Source of the DNA: Vulcanimicrobiota bacterium
GTDB taxonomy: Bacteria > Vulcanimicrobiota > Vulcanimicrobiia > Eremiobacterales > Eremiobacteraceae
Reading direction: 5' to 3'
DNA: 54,305 nt
NCBI GenBank assembly: GCA_019237415.1
Contig: JAFAHD010000007.1
Span: forward strand, 1 to 54,305
The stretch's first letter is position 1, and every line of letters starts with the position of its first letter. The position numbers were made by a program, and so were the translations under genes. Positions 1-10,865 of the stretch are shown piece after piece. The notes below the pieces were generated by a model, which saw only the letters and a program-made list of their open reading frames with translations, searched no databases and was not told the origin of the DNA.

Positions 1-2
1 TG

Positions 3-170
3 AACGTGCCCGCGGACCAGGGCGAACGGCTGCGCACGCTGGCCTTCGAGCAGCGCGTGAGCGAAAGCTCGATCGTGCAAGTGGCTTTGCGCTTGCTGTT
101 CGGTCGGGGCGACGACGCGGTCATCGGCCCTCTGTTGCGCGAGCACGGCGCGACGTTGCGCCGCAAGTAG
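3..170 (+). CDS. 3' part of a ribbon-helix-helix (CopG/Arc-like) protein gene; 5' end lies outside the window
   Basis: Open frame from the window edge to TAG at 168-170 reads NVPADQGERLRTLAFEQRVSESSIVQVALRLLFGRGDDAVIGPLLREHGATLRRK. The strand-helix-helix pattern is typical of RHH DNA-binding domains. It is absent from the ORF track because there is no start codon inside the window. Confidence 0.4.
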   Translation, partial: NVPADQGERLRTLAFEQRVSESSIVQVALRLLFGRGDDAVIGPLLREHGATLRRK

Positions 171-173
171 CGC

Positions 174-1541
174 TCAGCGCGCGGCGCGCGCGGCAGCATC
201 GCGCGCGCGGCGCACGCAGTCCGCGACGCTGACGCCATCGGCGTAGTTGCCGATCAGGAAAAGGCCAGGGACTCGCGCGGCAGCGGCATCGATCCGCGCC
301 ACGCGCTGGGCGTGACCAATCGTGTACTGCGGAATCGCGGCCGCCCAACGAAAGCCCGCGACGACTTTCGGAGTGCCGGGCGCGATGTGCATCACTCGGC
401 TCAGGTCCGTGTGTGCGACCTGCGCGAGTTCCGTATCGCTGAGCGCCCCGATCTCCGCATCGAGCGCGCCGCCGAGAAACGCGGTGCACAAGAGCTCGTC
501 GTCCGGGCTTCGCCCCGTGAAGATTGCGGAGTTCCACACCGCACCGAGGATGCGAACGCCCTCACCACGGCAGGCAAGAAATCCGAAGCCATCGATCGGT
601 ACGCCGATGTCGCCACGCGGGTACGCCGACACGATCTGCGCGATGGGCGCGTATTCGATCTCGCGCAGCGCCGCCGCCGCGGCTGGTTCCAGCGCTTCAA
701 GCAGGTCCGCGGCCCCTGCCGCGGGCGTCGCAACGATGACCCGTGCCGCCTCGATCGTGCCTTCTGGGAGACCGTCGCACTCGAGCGCAAAACCGGCGCC
801 GCGCTGGCGGATGCGGGCCACTCGCGCGCCGGCGTAGGCGCTGCCCTGGAGCGCGGCGGTCAGCGCGTCGATCAGTTGCGCGTTGCCGCCCCGAAACCCG
901 ATCGTCCGCGACGGCTGGCGGCGCGTCGCCGCGGTAGCCTTGGGCTGAGACAGAAACCCGCGAATGACGCTTCCCTGCGTCTCTTCGAAACGGACCATTC
1001 CGGGCAACGTGCTGCGCGCGGAGAGCCGAGCCGGATCGCCAGCGTAGATTCCTGCTATAACCGGACCGGCCACTGCCTCGACGATTTCGCCGCCTGCTCG
1101 TCGCGCGAGAAACGAGGCCACGGATTCATCGTCGCTCGTAGGGCGGTTGCGTACGAAGAACTCGCCGGCCAGCCGAAGCTTCGCAGAAAGTGAGAGCAGC
1201 GGTGTGCCGACCAGTGCGCCAGGCGACATCGGCACGGGGATCAGGGCGCCGTGCCGGTAGATGTAGCGCCGTGCGCCGGACGCGCCGGCAGCGATGACCT
1301 GCTCGTCCAGCCCGAGGTCGTGGATCAACTCGACCAATGGAGGCGTCGCGACAAAGCTCTGTGGTCCGCGATCCGCGAGGTAGGGCTGCGCGCGAACGGA
1401 GCCCATGCAGCCGCCGAATCCCTGCGACGCTTCAAGCAGCACCGCGTTACGGCCGGCTTTTCTCAACGCGTACGCCGCCGTGAGACCGGAAATGCCGCCC
1501 CCGACGACCGCGACGTCGACCGATTCGAATGCGCCGCTCAT
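174..1541 (-). CDS. hemY: protoporphyrinogen/coproporphyrinogen III oxidase (HemY/CgoX family, FAD-dependent)
   Basis: Internal ATG at 1541 gives MSGAFESVDVAVVGGGISGLTAAY, a GxGxxG FAD fold, and the length (455 aa) is HemY-like. The ATG overlaps the hemH stop (ATGA at 1538-1541). The upstream 59 codons of the track ORF are Arg-rich junk. Confidence 0.85.
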   Translation of the reverse strand: MSGAFESVDVAVVGGGISGLTAAYALRKAGRNAVLLEASQGFGGCMGSVRAQPYLADRGPQSFVATPPLVELIHDLGLDEQVIAAGASGARRYIYRHGALIPVPMSPGALVGTPLLSLSAKLRLAGEFFVRNRPTSDDESVASFLARRAGGEIVEAVAGPVIAGIYAGDPARLSARSTLPGMVRFEETQGSVIRGFLSQPKATAATRRQPSRTIGFRGGNAQLIDALTAALQGSAYAGARVARIRQRGAGFALECDGLPEGTIEAARVIVATPAAGAADLLEALEPAAAAALREIEYAPIAQIVSAYPRGDIGVPIDGFGFLACRGEGVRILGAVWNSAIFTGRSPDDELLCTAFLGGALDAEIGALSDTELAQVAHTDLSRVMHIAPGTPKVVAGFRWAAAIPQYTIGHAQRVARIDAAAARVPGLFLIGNYADGVSVADCVRRARDAAARAAR

Positions 1542-2488
1542 GCGATGGCGCGCTCTACCGCATTCGCCAAGCACGCGATGTACGCGGGATGCGTCTGCAC
1601 GGTCGGAACGCGCTTGAACTCCGCGATGCCGGCCCGCCTCGCGACGTCCGCGTACTGGATATCGATCTCGTTGAGCGTTTCGACATGTTCGCTCACGAAC
1701 GCGATCGGCACGACGCACACTGCGCGCGCGCCTTCAGCGGCCAACCGCTCGATAAGGAGCTCGGTCGCCGGCTCGAGCCATTTCTCCGGTCCCAAGCGGC
1801 TTTGGAACGCGACGTGCACCGGCCCTGTATGCACTACTCGGGCGCTCACGGCAGCGACGCTCTTGTGCACTTGTTCCAGGTACGGATCGCCGCGCTCGAT
1901 GTAGCGCATCGGCAATCCGTGCGCAGAAAAGATGAGGTGGACGTCCGCCGCGGGTGCGGCGAATTCGCGCAACGTCTGCCGAGTCAGATCCGCGACCGCC
2001 GCCGAGTAATCTGGATCGTCGCAGTACTGGTCGACCACGGCGAGCTCCGGTTCGTAGCCTATCGCATGCATAACGCGGCGTAGTTCGCTCAAGCTCGAGC
2101 GCGTCGTCGAAAACGAATATTGAGGGTAGAGCGGGAGAAATACCAGCCGTTGGATCCGATCGGCTTGCGCTGCGCGCAACGCATCCTCGGAGTGTGGCGT
2201 CCAATTGCGCATCGCGAGGTAGACCGGCAACGGCGCATTTCGGCGCTTCAGCTCTTCGCCCAACGCATCGGCCTGCGCCTGGCTTTGTGCGCGCAATGGC
2301 GAGCCGCCGCCGATCGACGCGTAGAGCTTGCGCGAATAGGGAGCGCGGAACGTTGATATCAGCCACGCCGTCGGCTTGATGAGCGGCGCCGGCACGGGGA
2401 TATTGTCAGGGATGAGGTCGACGAAGAAGTTGTACAGAAAGGGCCGCACGTCGTCCAGCCGCTCGGGCCCCCCGAGCTGCGCGAGCAC
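1538..2488 (-). CDS. hemH: ferrochelatase (possibly coproporphyrin ferrochelatase)
   Basis: LAQLGGPERLDDVRPFLYNFF... and full-length ferrochelatase-like sequence. The track start is GTG at 2488, and the conserved first beta-strand (TGVVLAQLGGP) continues upstream of it (see findings). Confidence 0.9.
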   Translation of the reverse strand: MLAQLGGPERLDDVRPFLYNFFVDLIPDNIPVPAPLIKPTAWLISTFRAPYSRKLYASIGGGSPLRAQSQAQADALGEELKRRNAPLPVYLAMRNWTPHSEDALRAAQADRIQRLVFLPLYPQYSFSTTRSSLSELRRVMHAIGYEPELAVVDQYCDDPDYSAAVADLTRQTLREFAAPAADVHLIFSAHGLPMRYIERGDPYLEQVHKSVAAVSARVVHTGPVHVAFQSRLGPEKWLEPATELLIERLAAEGARAVCVVPIAFVSEHVETLNEIDIQYADVARRAGIAEFKRVPTVQTHPAYIACLANAVERAIA

Positions 2489-2508
2489 GACCCCGGTGCG
2501 CGGAGAGG

Positions 2509-3351
2509 TTACAGTTTGAATGTGTATCCGAGCGCCAGGCCTCCTAGGTTAATATTGTTAAGCGCGCGCTGGTTCCCCATGTCGTAGTAGAGGTTGCGGT
2601 AGACGAGTGCGGCGCTTTGGCCGTGCTTGAATCCGTATCCGAAACCACCGATCGCCTGCCAGGTCAGATGCGCTTCGCCGGTGCCGACGTCGGCATAATA
2701 AGGGATGAACCACTTGCCGTCGCCGAAGCTCACGCGGCCTTTCGCACCGACGATAGCATCCCACACGCTCGTGCTTGCGTACTGCTGGCCTGACGGATTG
2801 AATAGCCCGAGCGGTCCCGCCACATTCCAGGTAAGTCTCATCGGTGCGTACACGTAGCGGCCGCCGACGATTCCGTCTGCGCTCCAGCGGGGGGTTTGCA
2901 CCACAGGAGCAATGCCGTAGATCGTCCACAATGTCGACGTGAAGCGCACCTGCACGTTGGTGTTGATAGGAATCGTAAGCCTGCCGCCGGGCCCGGTGAT
3001 GTTGGTGACGCCTGCGTTCGAGACGCCCAGGTTTAGGTAGATGAGATCGGTTCCCAGTCCCCAGCGCGAGTTGCGTGTCTCACCGATGAACATGAAGCCC
3101 GAACCGAGCTTCGGTATGTACTGGCTCGGCGTGGCCGTGATTCCCACCGACTGCTGGGGTTGCCCAGGCATGGTGGTCGGCACATTGAAGTTCAGCTCGC
3201 CATGGATCGTCGGCACCCACAAGTACGGCGTGACCGTGGTCTGCCACTGGTCTTGCGCGGGCGTCGTAACGGTGTACACATCCGCTAGCGCCGGCGCGAC
3301 GCTTGCCGGGAGCGCGAGGGCGACTGCCGCGAGGATCGAGTACGGACGCAT
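2509..3351 (-). CDS. outer-membrane beta-barrel protein (secreted, unknown function)
   Basis: ATG at 3351 gives MRPYSILAAVALALPASVAPALA, a signal peptide. The body shows an alternating Gly/aromatic beta-strand pattern and ends ...GGLALGYTFKL, an OMP-like C-terminus. The upstream part of the 459-aa track ORF is Arg-rich and implausible. Confidence 0.6.
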   Translation of the reverse strand: MRPYSILAAVALALPASVAPALADVYTVTTPAQDQWQTTVTPYLWVPTIHGELNFNVPTTMPGQPQQSVGITATPSQYIPKLGSGFMFIGETRNSRWGLGTDLIYLNLGVSNAGVTNITGPGGRLTIPINTNVQVRFTSTLWTIYGIAPVVQTPRWSADGIVGGRYVYAPMRLTWNVAGPLGLFNPSGQQYASTSVWDAIVGAKGRVSFGDGKWFIPYYADVGTGEAHLTWQAIGGFGYGFKHGQSAALVYRNLYYDMGNQRALNNINLGGLALGYTFKL

Positions 3352-3371
3352 CGATTGTTCTCTCCTGTCGT

Positions 3372-4328
3372 CTAGTAGCGCCAGAGGTGGGCGTTCGCGG
3401 CGTCGGCGTGCGAGAGGCTCGCCGGGTGTGCGGCCGCCGCGGAGAACGGCGGGCAGGCGTTCTGCGGCTTGGGTGCGATTCCGAGTTGTGCCAACAACAG
3501 CTGGTTGTAGTAGCTCTGCGCGAAGATCTGATATCCTGCGGCATTCGGGTGGAACCCGTCGGCCGAGAAGTTCGCCGCGACGTACGATCTCGGGTCGCAG
3601 CGCAGGTCGACGACCGCCGCAACGCTCGTCCCAGCCATCGGATTGATGACCTGCGTGTCGAGCGCGATCGAGACCTCGGCGAGGAGCGCGCGCACGCCCG
3701 CGGGCTGCGTCGTTCCAACGGGGATCAATGAGAAATTCGGCAGGTTTGAGACCACGATGGTGACGCCAGGAGGGCTCGCGGCCTTGATTCCTTGCACAAG
3801 GGTGTTGTAGTCGGCGCCGAATTTCGCGATCTCCGCAGCGATGAACGGTTGCGGATTCCCGCCGCCCATCGCGATGCCGACCGCGCACGCGACGATCGCG
3901 TTGGTGTCGTTGCCGCCGGCGAAGATCGTCACGACGTTGGACTGCGCGTTCACGACCGGCAGTTCATTCGTGATGAAGTTGCCTGGCGCACCGAAGCACA
4001 GCGCGGTGTCGGCTTGGATGTCGGGACCGATGACGGCGCCCGAGATGCCAAGGTCGAACAGATTGACCTGCGCGCGCGGTCCAGTCAGCATGCCCGCCAA
4101 CACCGGCACGTACCCATTGCCGCCAGGACAGCTGGGCGGTGAAGGCATCGGCGGCACGCCAGCGGTCGGACACTGCACCGCGCCCACGCCGACGGCATCG
4201 CTCGCGCCGACCGCCGTGTACGTGCGAACCGCTGGGACTGGCAGCACGCTGTTCCCACTCGGCGATGTGCAGCCGAACAGCGTGGCGACGACCAGACTGA
4301 CGGCAAGTGCCGAACCGATCCGGCGCAT
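3372..4328 (-). CDS. SGNH/GDSL-family hydrolase lipoprotein
   Basis: ATG at 4328 is preceded by GAGGAG. MRRIGSALAVSLVVATLFGC is a lipobox. The SGNH blocks are present: GASDAVGVG, IFAGGNDTN, and DGFHPN near the C-terminus. Confidence 0.75.
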   Translation of the reverse strand: MRRIGSALAVSLVVATLFGCTSPSGNSVLPVPAVRTYTAVGASDAVGVGAVQCPTAGVPPMPSPPSCPGGNGYVPVLAGMLTGPRAQVNLFDLGISGAVIGPDIQADTALCFGAPGNFITNELPVVNAQSNVVTIFAGGNDTNAIVACAVGIAMGGGNPQPFIAAEIAKFGADYNTLVQGIKAASPPGVTIVVSNLPNFSLIPVGTTQPAGVRALLAEVSIALDTQVINPMAGTSVAAVVDLRCDPRSYVAANFSADGFHPNAAGYQIFAQSYYNQLLLAQLGIAPKPQNACPPFSAAAAHPASLSHADAANAHLWRY

Positions 4329-4399
4329 ACGAGTCTCCTCTGCGGTCGATGTCAAGACGAGCCGCATTCTTCGAACGCTGTTACACGCCTTGCTATTCC

Positions 4400-5428
4400 T
4401 TAAGAAACTGTTGCCACTTTTGGCGCGTCGACGAAGGCCTGGGCGCACGCGACGGGCGTGTCGGGCAGGATGCCATGGCCGAGGTTCAAGACGTGGCCGG
4501 CCGGTCCGGCAGCTTCAAGCGCTGCGAATGCGGCCTGCGCCACGCGCACCGGCGTGCTCAGCAGAATCGCCGGGTCGACGTTCCCTTGCAATGCAATGCT
4601 CGGGCCGATCCGAGCACGTGCTTCGCTCAGCGTGATGCGCCAGTCGACGCTGAGCACATCCGCGCTCGATCGAGCCATCAGCTCGAGCACGCCGGCGCAG
4701 CCGTTCACGTACAAAATCGCGGGCACGCCTGCGCTGCGGATCCGTTCGATGACGCGCGTATGGTACGGCAGTGCGAACTCTTCATATGCTGCCGGCTCGA
4801 GCTCGCCGGCCCACGTGTCGAATACCTGGATAGCCTGCGCGCCTGCTGCGATCTGCGCGGCCGCGTGTTCGGCGGTCGCAGAAGCCAGCTTGTCCAGCAG
4901 CGCGTGGCAGAGCTGCGGGTCAGAGTAGAGGAGCGACTTCGTGGAGGCGAAGTTCTTGGAACCTCCGCCTTCTATTGTATAGGCTGCCAGCGTGAACGGC
5001 GCGCCGGTGAAGCCGAGCAGCGCCGCCCGCCCGGCGAGTGCCCGCTTGCACAAGCGGATGGTCTCGGCAACGAACGGCATCGTCGAGGCCGGATCGGGCA
5101 CACGCAGTACGTCGACGTCGGCGCGGCTGCGCACGCTGCGCTCCAGTTGCGGACCGGAATCGCCGAATGAAATCGGTATGCCCATCGCTTCGACGGGGAT
5201 CAGGATGTCGGAAAATATGATGCATACGTCGACGCCGAAGCGCTCGACCGGCTGGAGCGAGACCTCCGCAGCAAGCTCCGGCGTCTTGCACAGCGTGAGA
5301 AAATCGACGCGTTCGCGAATCGCCCGGTACTCGGGGAGATACCTGCCCGCTTGGCGCATCATCCAAACCGGCGTTCGATCGACCGGCCGCCTCGCGCATG
5401 CTGCGAGAAACCGCTCCGGTGCGTCCAC
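4400..5428 (-). CDS. hemE: uroporphyrinogen decarboxylase
   Basis: GTG start. The sequence FLAACARRPVDRTPVWMMRQAGRYLPEYR is the canonical HemE N-terminus, and the length is 342 aa. Confidence 0.93.
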   Translation of the reverse strand: MDAPERFLAACARRPVDRTPVWMMRQAGRYLPEYRAIRERVDFLTLCKTPELAAEVSLQPVERFGVDVCIIFSDILIPVEAMGIPISFGDSGPQLERSVRSRADVDVLRVPDPASTMPFVAETIRLCKRALAGRAALLGFTGAPFTLAAYTIEGGGSKNFASTKSLLYSDPQLCHALLDKLASATAEHAAAQIAAGAQAIQVFDTWAGELEPAAYEEFALPYHTRVIERIRSAGVPAILYVNGCAGVLELMARSSADVLSVDWRITLSEARARIGPSIALQGNVDPAILLSTPVRVAQAAFAALEAAGPAGHVLNLGHGILPDTPVACAQAFVDAPKVATVS

Positions 5429-5430
5429 CT

Positions 5431-6669
5431 TTAGCTGAGGACGGGTTTGGGAGACTTCTCCTCGTCGGCTTTGATGCCGGCCGCTTCGCGCAACGTCTTA
5501 GCTAAGTCGACGCGTTCCCATGGCAGGTCGAGCTCGGGCCGGCCGAAGTGGCCGTAGGCCGATACTTGGCTGTAGATCGGGCGGCGCAGATCGAAACGCT
5601 CGATGATCGCGCCGGGGCGCAGGTCGATGAACCGCTGCACGAGCTCTGCGATGCGCGCCTCGTCGATGCGGCCCGTGCCGAAGCAATCGACGTAGACGGA
5701 CACCGGTTTGGCAACGCCGATCGCGTAGGCGATTTGAATCTCGCAGCGATCGGCGAGACCTGATGCGACGACGTTCTTCGCGGCGTACCGTGCGGCATAC
5801 GCCGCTGAACGGTCGACTTTCGTCGGATCCTTGCCGGAAAAGGCGCCGCCGCCGTGGCGCGCCATGCCCCCATACGTGTCCGCGATGATCTTGCGTCCGG
5901 TAAGCCCCGCATCGCTCAGCGGTCCGCCGATCACAAAGCGACCAGTCGGATTGATGAAGACCCTGGTGTTCTTATCGAGCAGGCGCGCGTCGATGGCCGC
6001 GTCGATGACATGTTCTTTGATGTCCGAGCGGATGCCATCGATCGGATGGCCGTCGACGTGTTGCGCTGAAACCACGATCGTATCGACTCTGACGGGCTCG
6101 AAGCCGTCGTACTCCACCGTGACTTGAGTCTTGCCGTCTGGCCCGAGAAAACCGATGACGCCTTTCTTCCGGACCTCAGCCAAGCGACGCGTGAGCCGGT
6201 GCGCGAGCACGATCGGCATCGGCATCAGCTCCGGCGTCTCGCGGCATGCAAAGCCGAACATCATGCCTTGGTCGCCGGCGCCGACTGACTCTGCGGCAGA
6301 CTTGGCTGCCGGACCGTCGCCCTTGACTTCGAGGGCTTTGTCCACGCCCAACGCGATATCCGCGGATTGCTCGTCGATGGAGATCGAAAGCCCGCACGTG
6401 TCGGCGTCAAAACCGAACTTGTTGCCGGTGTAGCCGATGTCGCGAACCGTCTTGCGCGCGATGCGCGGGATGTCGATATAGCACCCCGTCGTGATCTCGC
6501 CCGCAACGTGGACCTGGCCCGTGAGCACCATTGTCTCGCACGCGACGCGACCGAATGGATCCTGCGCGAGGATCGCGTCGAGCACCGCGTCGGAGATCGC
6601 GTCCGCGACCTTGTCGGGGTGCCCTTCGGTGACGCTTTCGGAGGTGAACAAGCGCTTGTGAGTTGCCAT
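5431..6669 (-). CDS. metK: S-adenosylmethionine synthetase
   Basis: [27 protein letters not shown]..., plus [12 protein letters not shown] and [16 protein letters not shown] motifs. The internal ATG at 6669 is preferred over the track start. Confidence 0.95.
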   Translation of the reverse strand: MATHKRLFTSESVTEGHPDKVADAISDAVLDAILAQDPFGRVACETMVLTGQVHVAGEITTGCYIDIPRIARKTVRDIGYTGNKFGFDADTCGLSISIDEQSADIALGVDKALEVKGDGPAAKSAAESVGAGDQGMMFGFACRETPELMPMPIVLAHRLTRRLAEVRKKGVIGFLGPDGKTQVTVEYDGFEPVRVDTIVVSAQHVDGHPIDGIRSDIKEHVIDAAIDARLLDKNTRVFINPTGRFVIGGPLSDAGLTGRKIIADTYGGMARHGGGAFSGKDPTKVDRSAAYAARYAAKNVVASGLADRCEIQIAYAIGVAKPVSVYVDCFGTGRIDEARIAELVQRFIDLRPGAIIERFDLRRPIYSQVSAYGHFGRPELDLPWERVDLAKTLREAAGIKADEEKSPKPVLS

Positions 6670-6680
6670 CGAAACCTTCT

Positions 6681-8021
<1,341 letters not shown>

Positions 8022-8082
8022 TTATCGGCGCGGAAATCCTCGCTCCGAGGGCTCCCGAGATGGCGGATGGAATGGCCCGCCT

Positions 8083-8718
8083 GTGACGCTTTCGACAAGC
8101 AGCATCGACTCGTATGTGCGCGCACTCGCGTCGGCCGATCCAACGCCGGGCGGCGGCAGCGCCAGCGCGCTCGTCGGCGCGCTTGCGGCAGCGCTGGCGT
8201 CGATGGTCGCCAGGCTGACGGCGTCCTCACCCAAATTCGCGCCGCTCGCAGAGCCGATGGGCGCCATCGCCGATCAAGCTGCGCGCTTGATGGACGCGCT
8301 GCTCGCCGCCATCGACGCTGACGTGGCGGCCTTCGATGCCGTGAGCGCCGCCTACAAGCTTCCGAAGTCGAGCGACGCGGAGCGCGCGGCACGCAGCGAC
8401 GCCATCCAACTCGCACTGGTCGGCGCCACCGACGCGCCCATGCACGTGGTTGAGCTGTGCGCACAGGTCGCCAAGCTCGCGGTCGAGCTGGTCGATGCCG
8501 GCAACCCGAACGCGATCAGCGACGCCGGCTGCTGCGCGCTGTTCGCCCACGCTGCCGCGCGCGGCTGCGCGCTCAACATCAGGCTGAACGTGAAGGGCCT
8601 CAAGAGCAGCATAGTCGCCGATTCGTATCGCAAGCAAATCGACGAATTGCTCGCCCAGATCGGCATCTTGGCTGAAGTCGCCGTCGTCAAAGCCGAGCAC
8701 GCGACGGAGCCGGCGTAG
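8083..8718 (+). CDS. cyclodeaminase-domain protein (FTCD C-terminal-like; formiminotetrahydrofolate cyclodeaminase / methenyl-THF cyclohydrolase type)
   Basis: SIDSYVRALASADPTPGGGSASALVGALAAALASMV is the hallmark of the cyclodeaminase domain. The in-frame GTG at 8083 is preferred. The track start at 8017 adds an Arg/Gly-rich extension. Confidence 0.75.
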   Translation: MTLSTSSIDSYVRALASADPTPGGGSASALVGALAAALASMVARLTASSPKFAPLAEPMGAIADQAARLMDALLAAIDADVAAFDAVSAAYKLPKSSDAERAARSDAIQLALVGATDAPMHVVELCAQVAKLAVELVDAGNPNAISDAGCCALFAHAAARGCALNIRLNVKGLKSSIVADSYRKQIDELLAQIGILAEVAVVKAEHATEPA

Positions 8719-8723
8719 CGGCC

Positions 8724-9575
8724 ATGCCGGCGCGCATCCTCGAAGGCAAGCCGATCGCCCAGCGCATCCGTGCCGACGTCGCCAACCGCGCGTACGAGCT
8801 TCGCGACAATGCGATCGTGCCGCAGCTGAGCATCTTCGTCGGCGAAGGCGACGAGGAGGGCACCTACTACGCGAACAGCCTCAACAAGATCGGCTCTCGC
8901 TGCGGCATCGACGTGTCGATCGACACGATAGCCCGCGGCGGCGGCACCAAAGCATTCTGTGCCGCGGTCGCAAGAGCGGCAGCCAATCACAAAGTGCACG
9001 GCATCATCATCCAGCGGCCGTTGCCGACCGAGTTCGAGCACATCGAGATCACGCGCGCGATTCCAGTGGAGAAAGATGTCGACGGCGAGACCGCACTGTC
9101 GATCGGCTGGCTCGCGCAAGGCGTGCCGCATTTCGTGCCCGCGACCGCCGCCGCCGTCATCGAAGTCTTGCGCGAACCGGGTCTTCCGCAGATCGCCGGC
9201 GCGCGCACCGTCGTGATCGGCCGTTCGGCCGTCGTCGGCCGTCCGGTCGCGTATATGCTCACCGCCGCCGATGCCACGGTCACCTTATGTCATTCGCGCA
9301 CGCGCGACCTCGAGATGATCTGCCGCAGCGCTGACATCGTCGTCGCCGCGATCGGCAAACCGCGCTTCGTCGGCGCCGGCATGATCAAACGCGGCAGCGT
9401 CGTCGTCGACGTCGGCACCAATCTCATCGACGGACAGGTCGTCGGAGACGTCGACGCTGAATCGGTTTCGCAAATCGCCGGCGCGCTCACGCCGGTGCCC
9501 GGTGGTGTCGGCGTCGTCACGACATCCATTCTGCTGCGCAACGTGATCGCCGCCGCCGAGCACGGCACCATCTAG
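8724..9575 (+). CDS. folD: bifunctional methylenetetrahydrofolate dehydrogenase/methenyl-THF cyclohydrolase
   Basis: MPARILEGKPIAQRIRADV..., VHGIIIQRPLP, GRSAVVGRPVA and TPVPGGVGVVT motifs. Confidence 0.93.
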   Translation: MPARILEGKPIAQRIRADVANRAYELRDNAIVPQLSIFVGEGDEEGTYYANSLNKIGSRCGIDVSIDTIARGGGTKAFCAAVARAAANHKVHGIIIQRPLPTEFEHIEITRAIPVEKDVDGETALSIGWLAQGVPHFVPATAAAVIEVLREPGLPQIAGARTVVIGRSAVVGRPVAYMLTAADATVTLCHSRTRDLEMICRSADIVVAAIGKPRFVGAGMIKRGSVVVDVGTNLIDGQVVGDVDAESVSQIAGALTPVPGGVGVVTTSILLRNVIAAAEHGTI

Positions 9576-9691
9576 CGGCGCATCACGCGGGACAAGGGTT
9601 TCCAAAGCTCCGCCAAAAAGTTCGCCATTGTGCTCGACGTAGTCACGCATCGGCTCACGATGCGCGTTTTCGGGCGCCAAGAGCTGGAGCG

Positions 9692-10261
9692 GTGAGCGCT
9701 CGCGCACCCAGTCCGGCGCCGCCGCCGTCGCCGCAAGCGGTCGCCTTCGTTGAAGATGCGATGGCGAAGTTCGGCCGTCAGACGTACAACTACGCGTACC
9801 GTCTGTGCGGCAACGAAGCCGACGCGCGCGACCTCACGCAAGAAGCGTTCATCCGCGTGTTTCGCGCGTGGCAGTCGTTCCGGCCTGGCACCTCGTTCTT
9901 GGCGTGGATATACCGCATCGTCACGAACTTGCATCGCGACGAGTTGCGCCGGCGCAAGGGCGTCTTCGCGCAACCGCTGCCGGACGATAACCAGCCGCAC
10001 GAGCAAGCCGCGCCGCATCACGACCCGATCGAGGCGATGCACGAGCGCCAGCTTTCGGCCGGCATGGAGCGAGCGCTGCGCGCGCTGACCCCTGAGCAGC
10101 GCAGCGTCATCTTGCTGGCGGACGTCGAGGAGTATTCGTACCAGCAGATCGCCGATGTCTTGGGCTGCTCGATCGGCACGGTGCGATCACGGCTGCACCG
10201 CGCGCGAGCCCAGCTGCGCCGCTTGCTGGAGCGGGAGCACGCCACGGGGTCTTTGGGATGA
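9692..10261 (+). CDS. ECF-type RNA polymerase sigma-70 factor
   Basis: Region 2 reads DARDLTQEAFIRVFRAWQSFRPGTSFLAWIYRIVTNLHRDELRRR. Region 4 reads EQRSVILLADVEEYSYQQIADVLGCSIGTVRSRLHRAR. Confidence 0.9.
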   Translation: MSARAPSPAPPPSPQAVAFVEDAMAKFGRQTYNYAYRLCGNEADARDLTQEAFIRVFRAWQSFRPGTSFLAWIYRIVTNLHRDELRRRKGVFAQPLPDDNQPHEQAAPHHDPIEAMHERQLSAGMERALRALTPEQRSVILLADVEEYSYQQIADVLGCSIGTVRSRLHRARAQLRRLLEREHATGSLG

Positions 10262-10379
10262 CCGACTTGGCCCGTACTACGGAACGTTTGAGCACGCTTG
10301 CCTGCCGCCGGAACGCTTTGGCATCGGATTTCGTTCCGCTTCAGGGGGCATTGCATCTGATGAGGGATCGATCTTGGAC

Positions 10380-10865
10380 ATGACCTGCAACGACTGCCGG
10401 CCGTTACTGACGGACTATGCGCATCACGAACTGGATGACGCTCAGGACGCGCGCGTCTTCGAGCACCTGCAAGAGTGCGCACAGTGCCGAGCGGCCGCGC
10501 AAGCGGAGGCGGATCTGACCGACTCCATCCGCTATGCCTACTCGGACGACCTCGAGATGCCGCAGTCGATCGTCGCCAACGTGCGCATGGCGATGCGCGG
10601 CTATTCGCCTTCGCTGCTGGAGCGCGCGCGCGCTGCGCTGCGGCCGGCCTTTATCGCACCGGCGGCCGCCGTCGTCCTGATCGTCGCGGGCGCGCTCCGC
10701 TACGGACCCGGCATGCTCCATCCGGCGTCGTCGCAGCTCTCATCGTCGTACTTCGTCCGCCAGCATGTGGCGCAGACGCTGGGGTCACCCGCGAGCGACC
10801 GCAGCTGGTCGGCATACGTGCTCACCTCTGAGAACGCGAGGAGCGCACAGCCTGGTGCGCAGTAG
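10380..10865 (+). CDS. anti-sigma factor with zf-HC2 zinc-finger and one TM segment
   Basis: ATG at 10380 gives MTCNDCRPLLTDYAHHELDDAQDARVFEHLQECAQCRAAA (H-x3-C-x2-C). A hydrophobic segment FIAPAAAVVLIVAGAL follows. It lies immediately downstream of the ECF sigma gene. Confidence 0.75.
   Translation: MTCNDCRPLLTDYAHHELDDAQDARVFEHLQECAQCRAAAQAEADLTDSIRYAYSDDLEMPQSIVANVRMAMRGYSPSLLERARAALRPAFIAPAAAVVLIVAGALRYGPGMLHPASSQLSSSYFVRQHVAQTLGSPASDRSWSAYVLTSENARSAQPGAQ

Noticed and set aside
3352-3888. Long N-terminal extensions of track ORFs: 2509-3888, 174-1718, 3372-4448, 23780-24901, 27403-28323 and 28148-29461.
   Set aside because: The extensions are Arg-rich, overlap the preceding gene, and precede an internal start that begins a recognisable signal peptide or conserved N-terminus, often with an SD or a stop/start overlap. 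The shorter forms were annotated.
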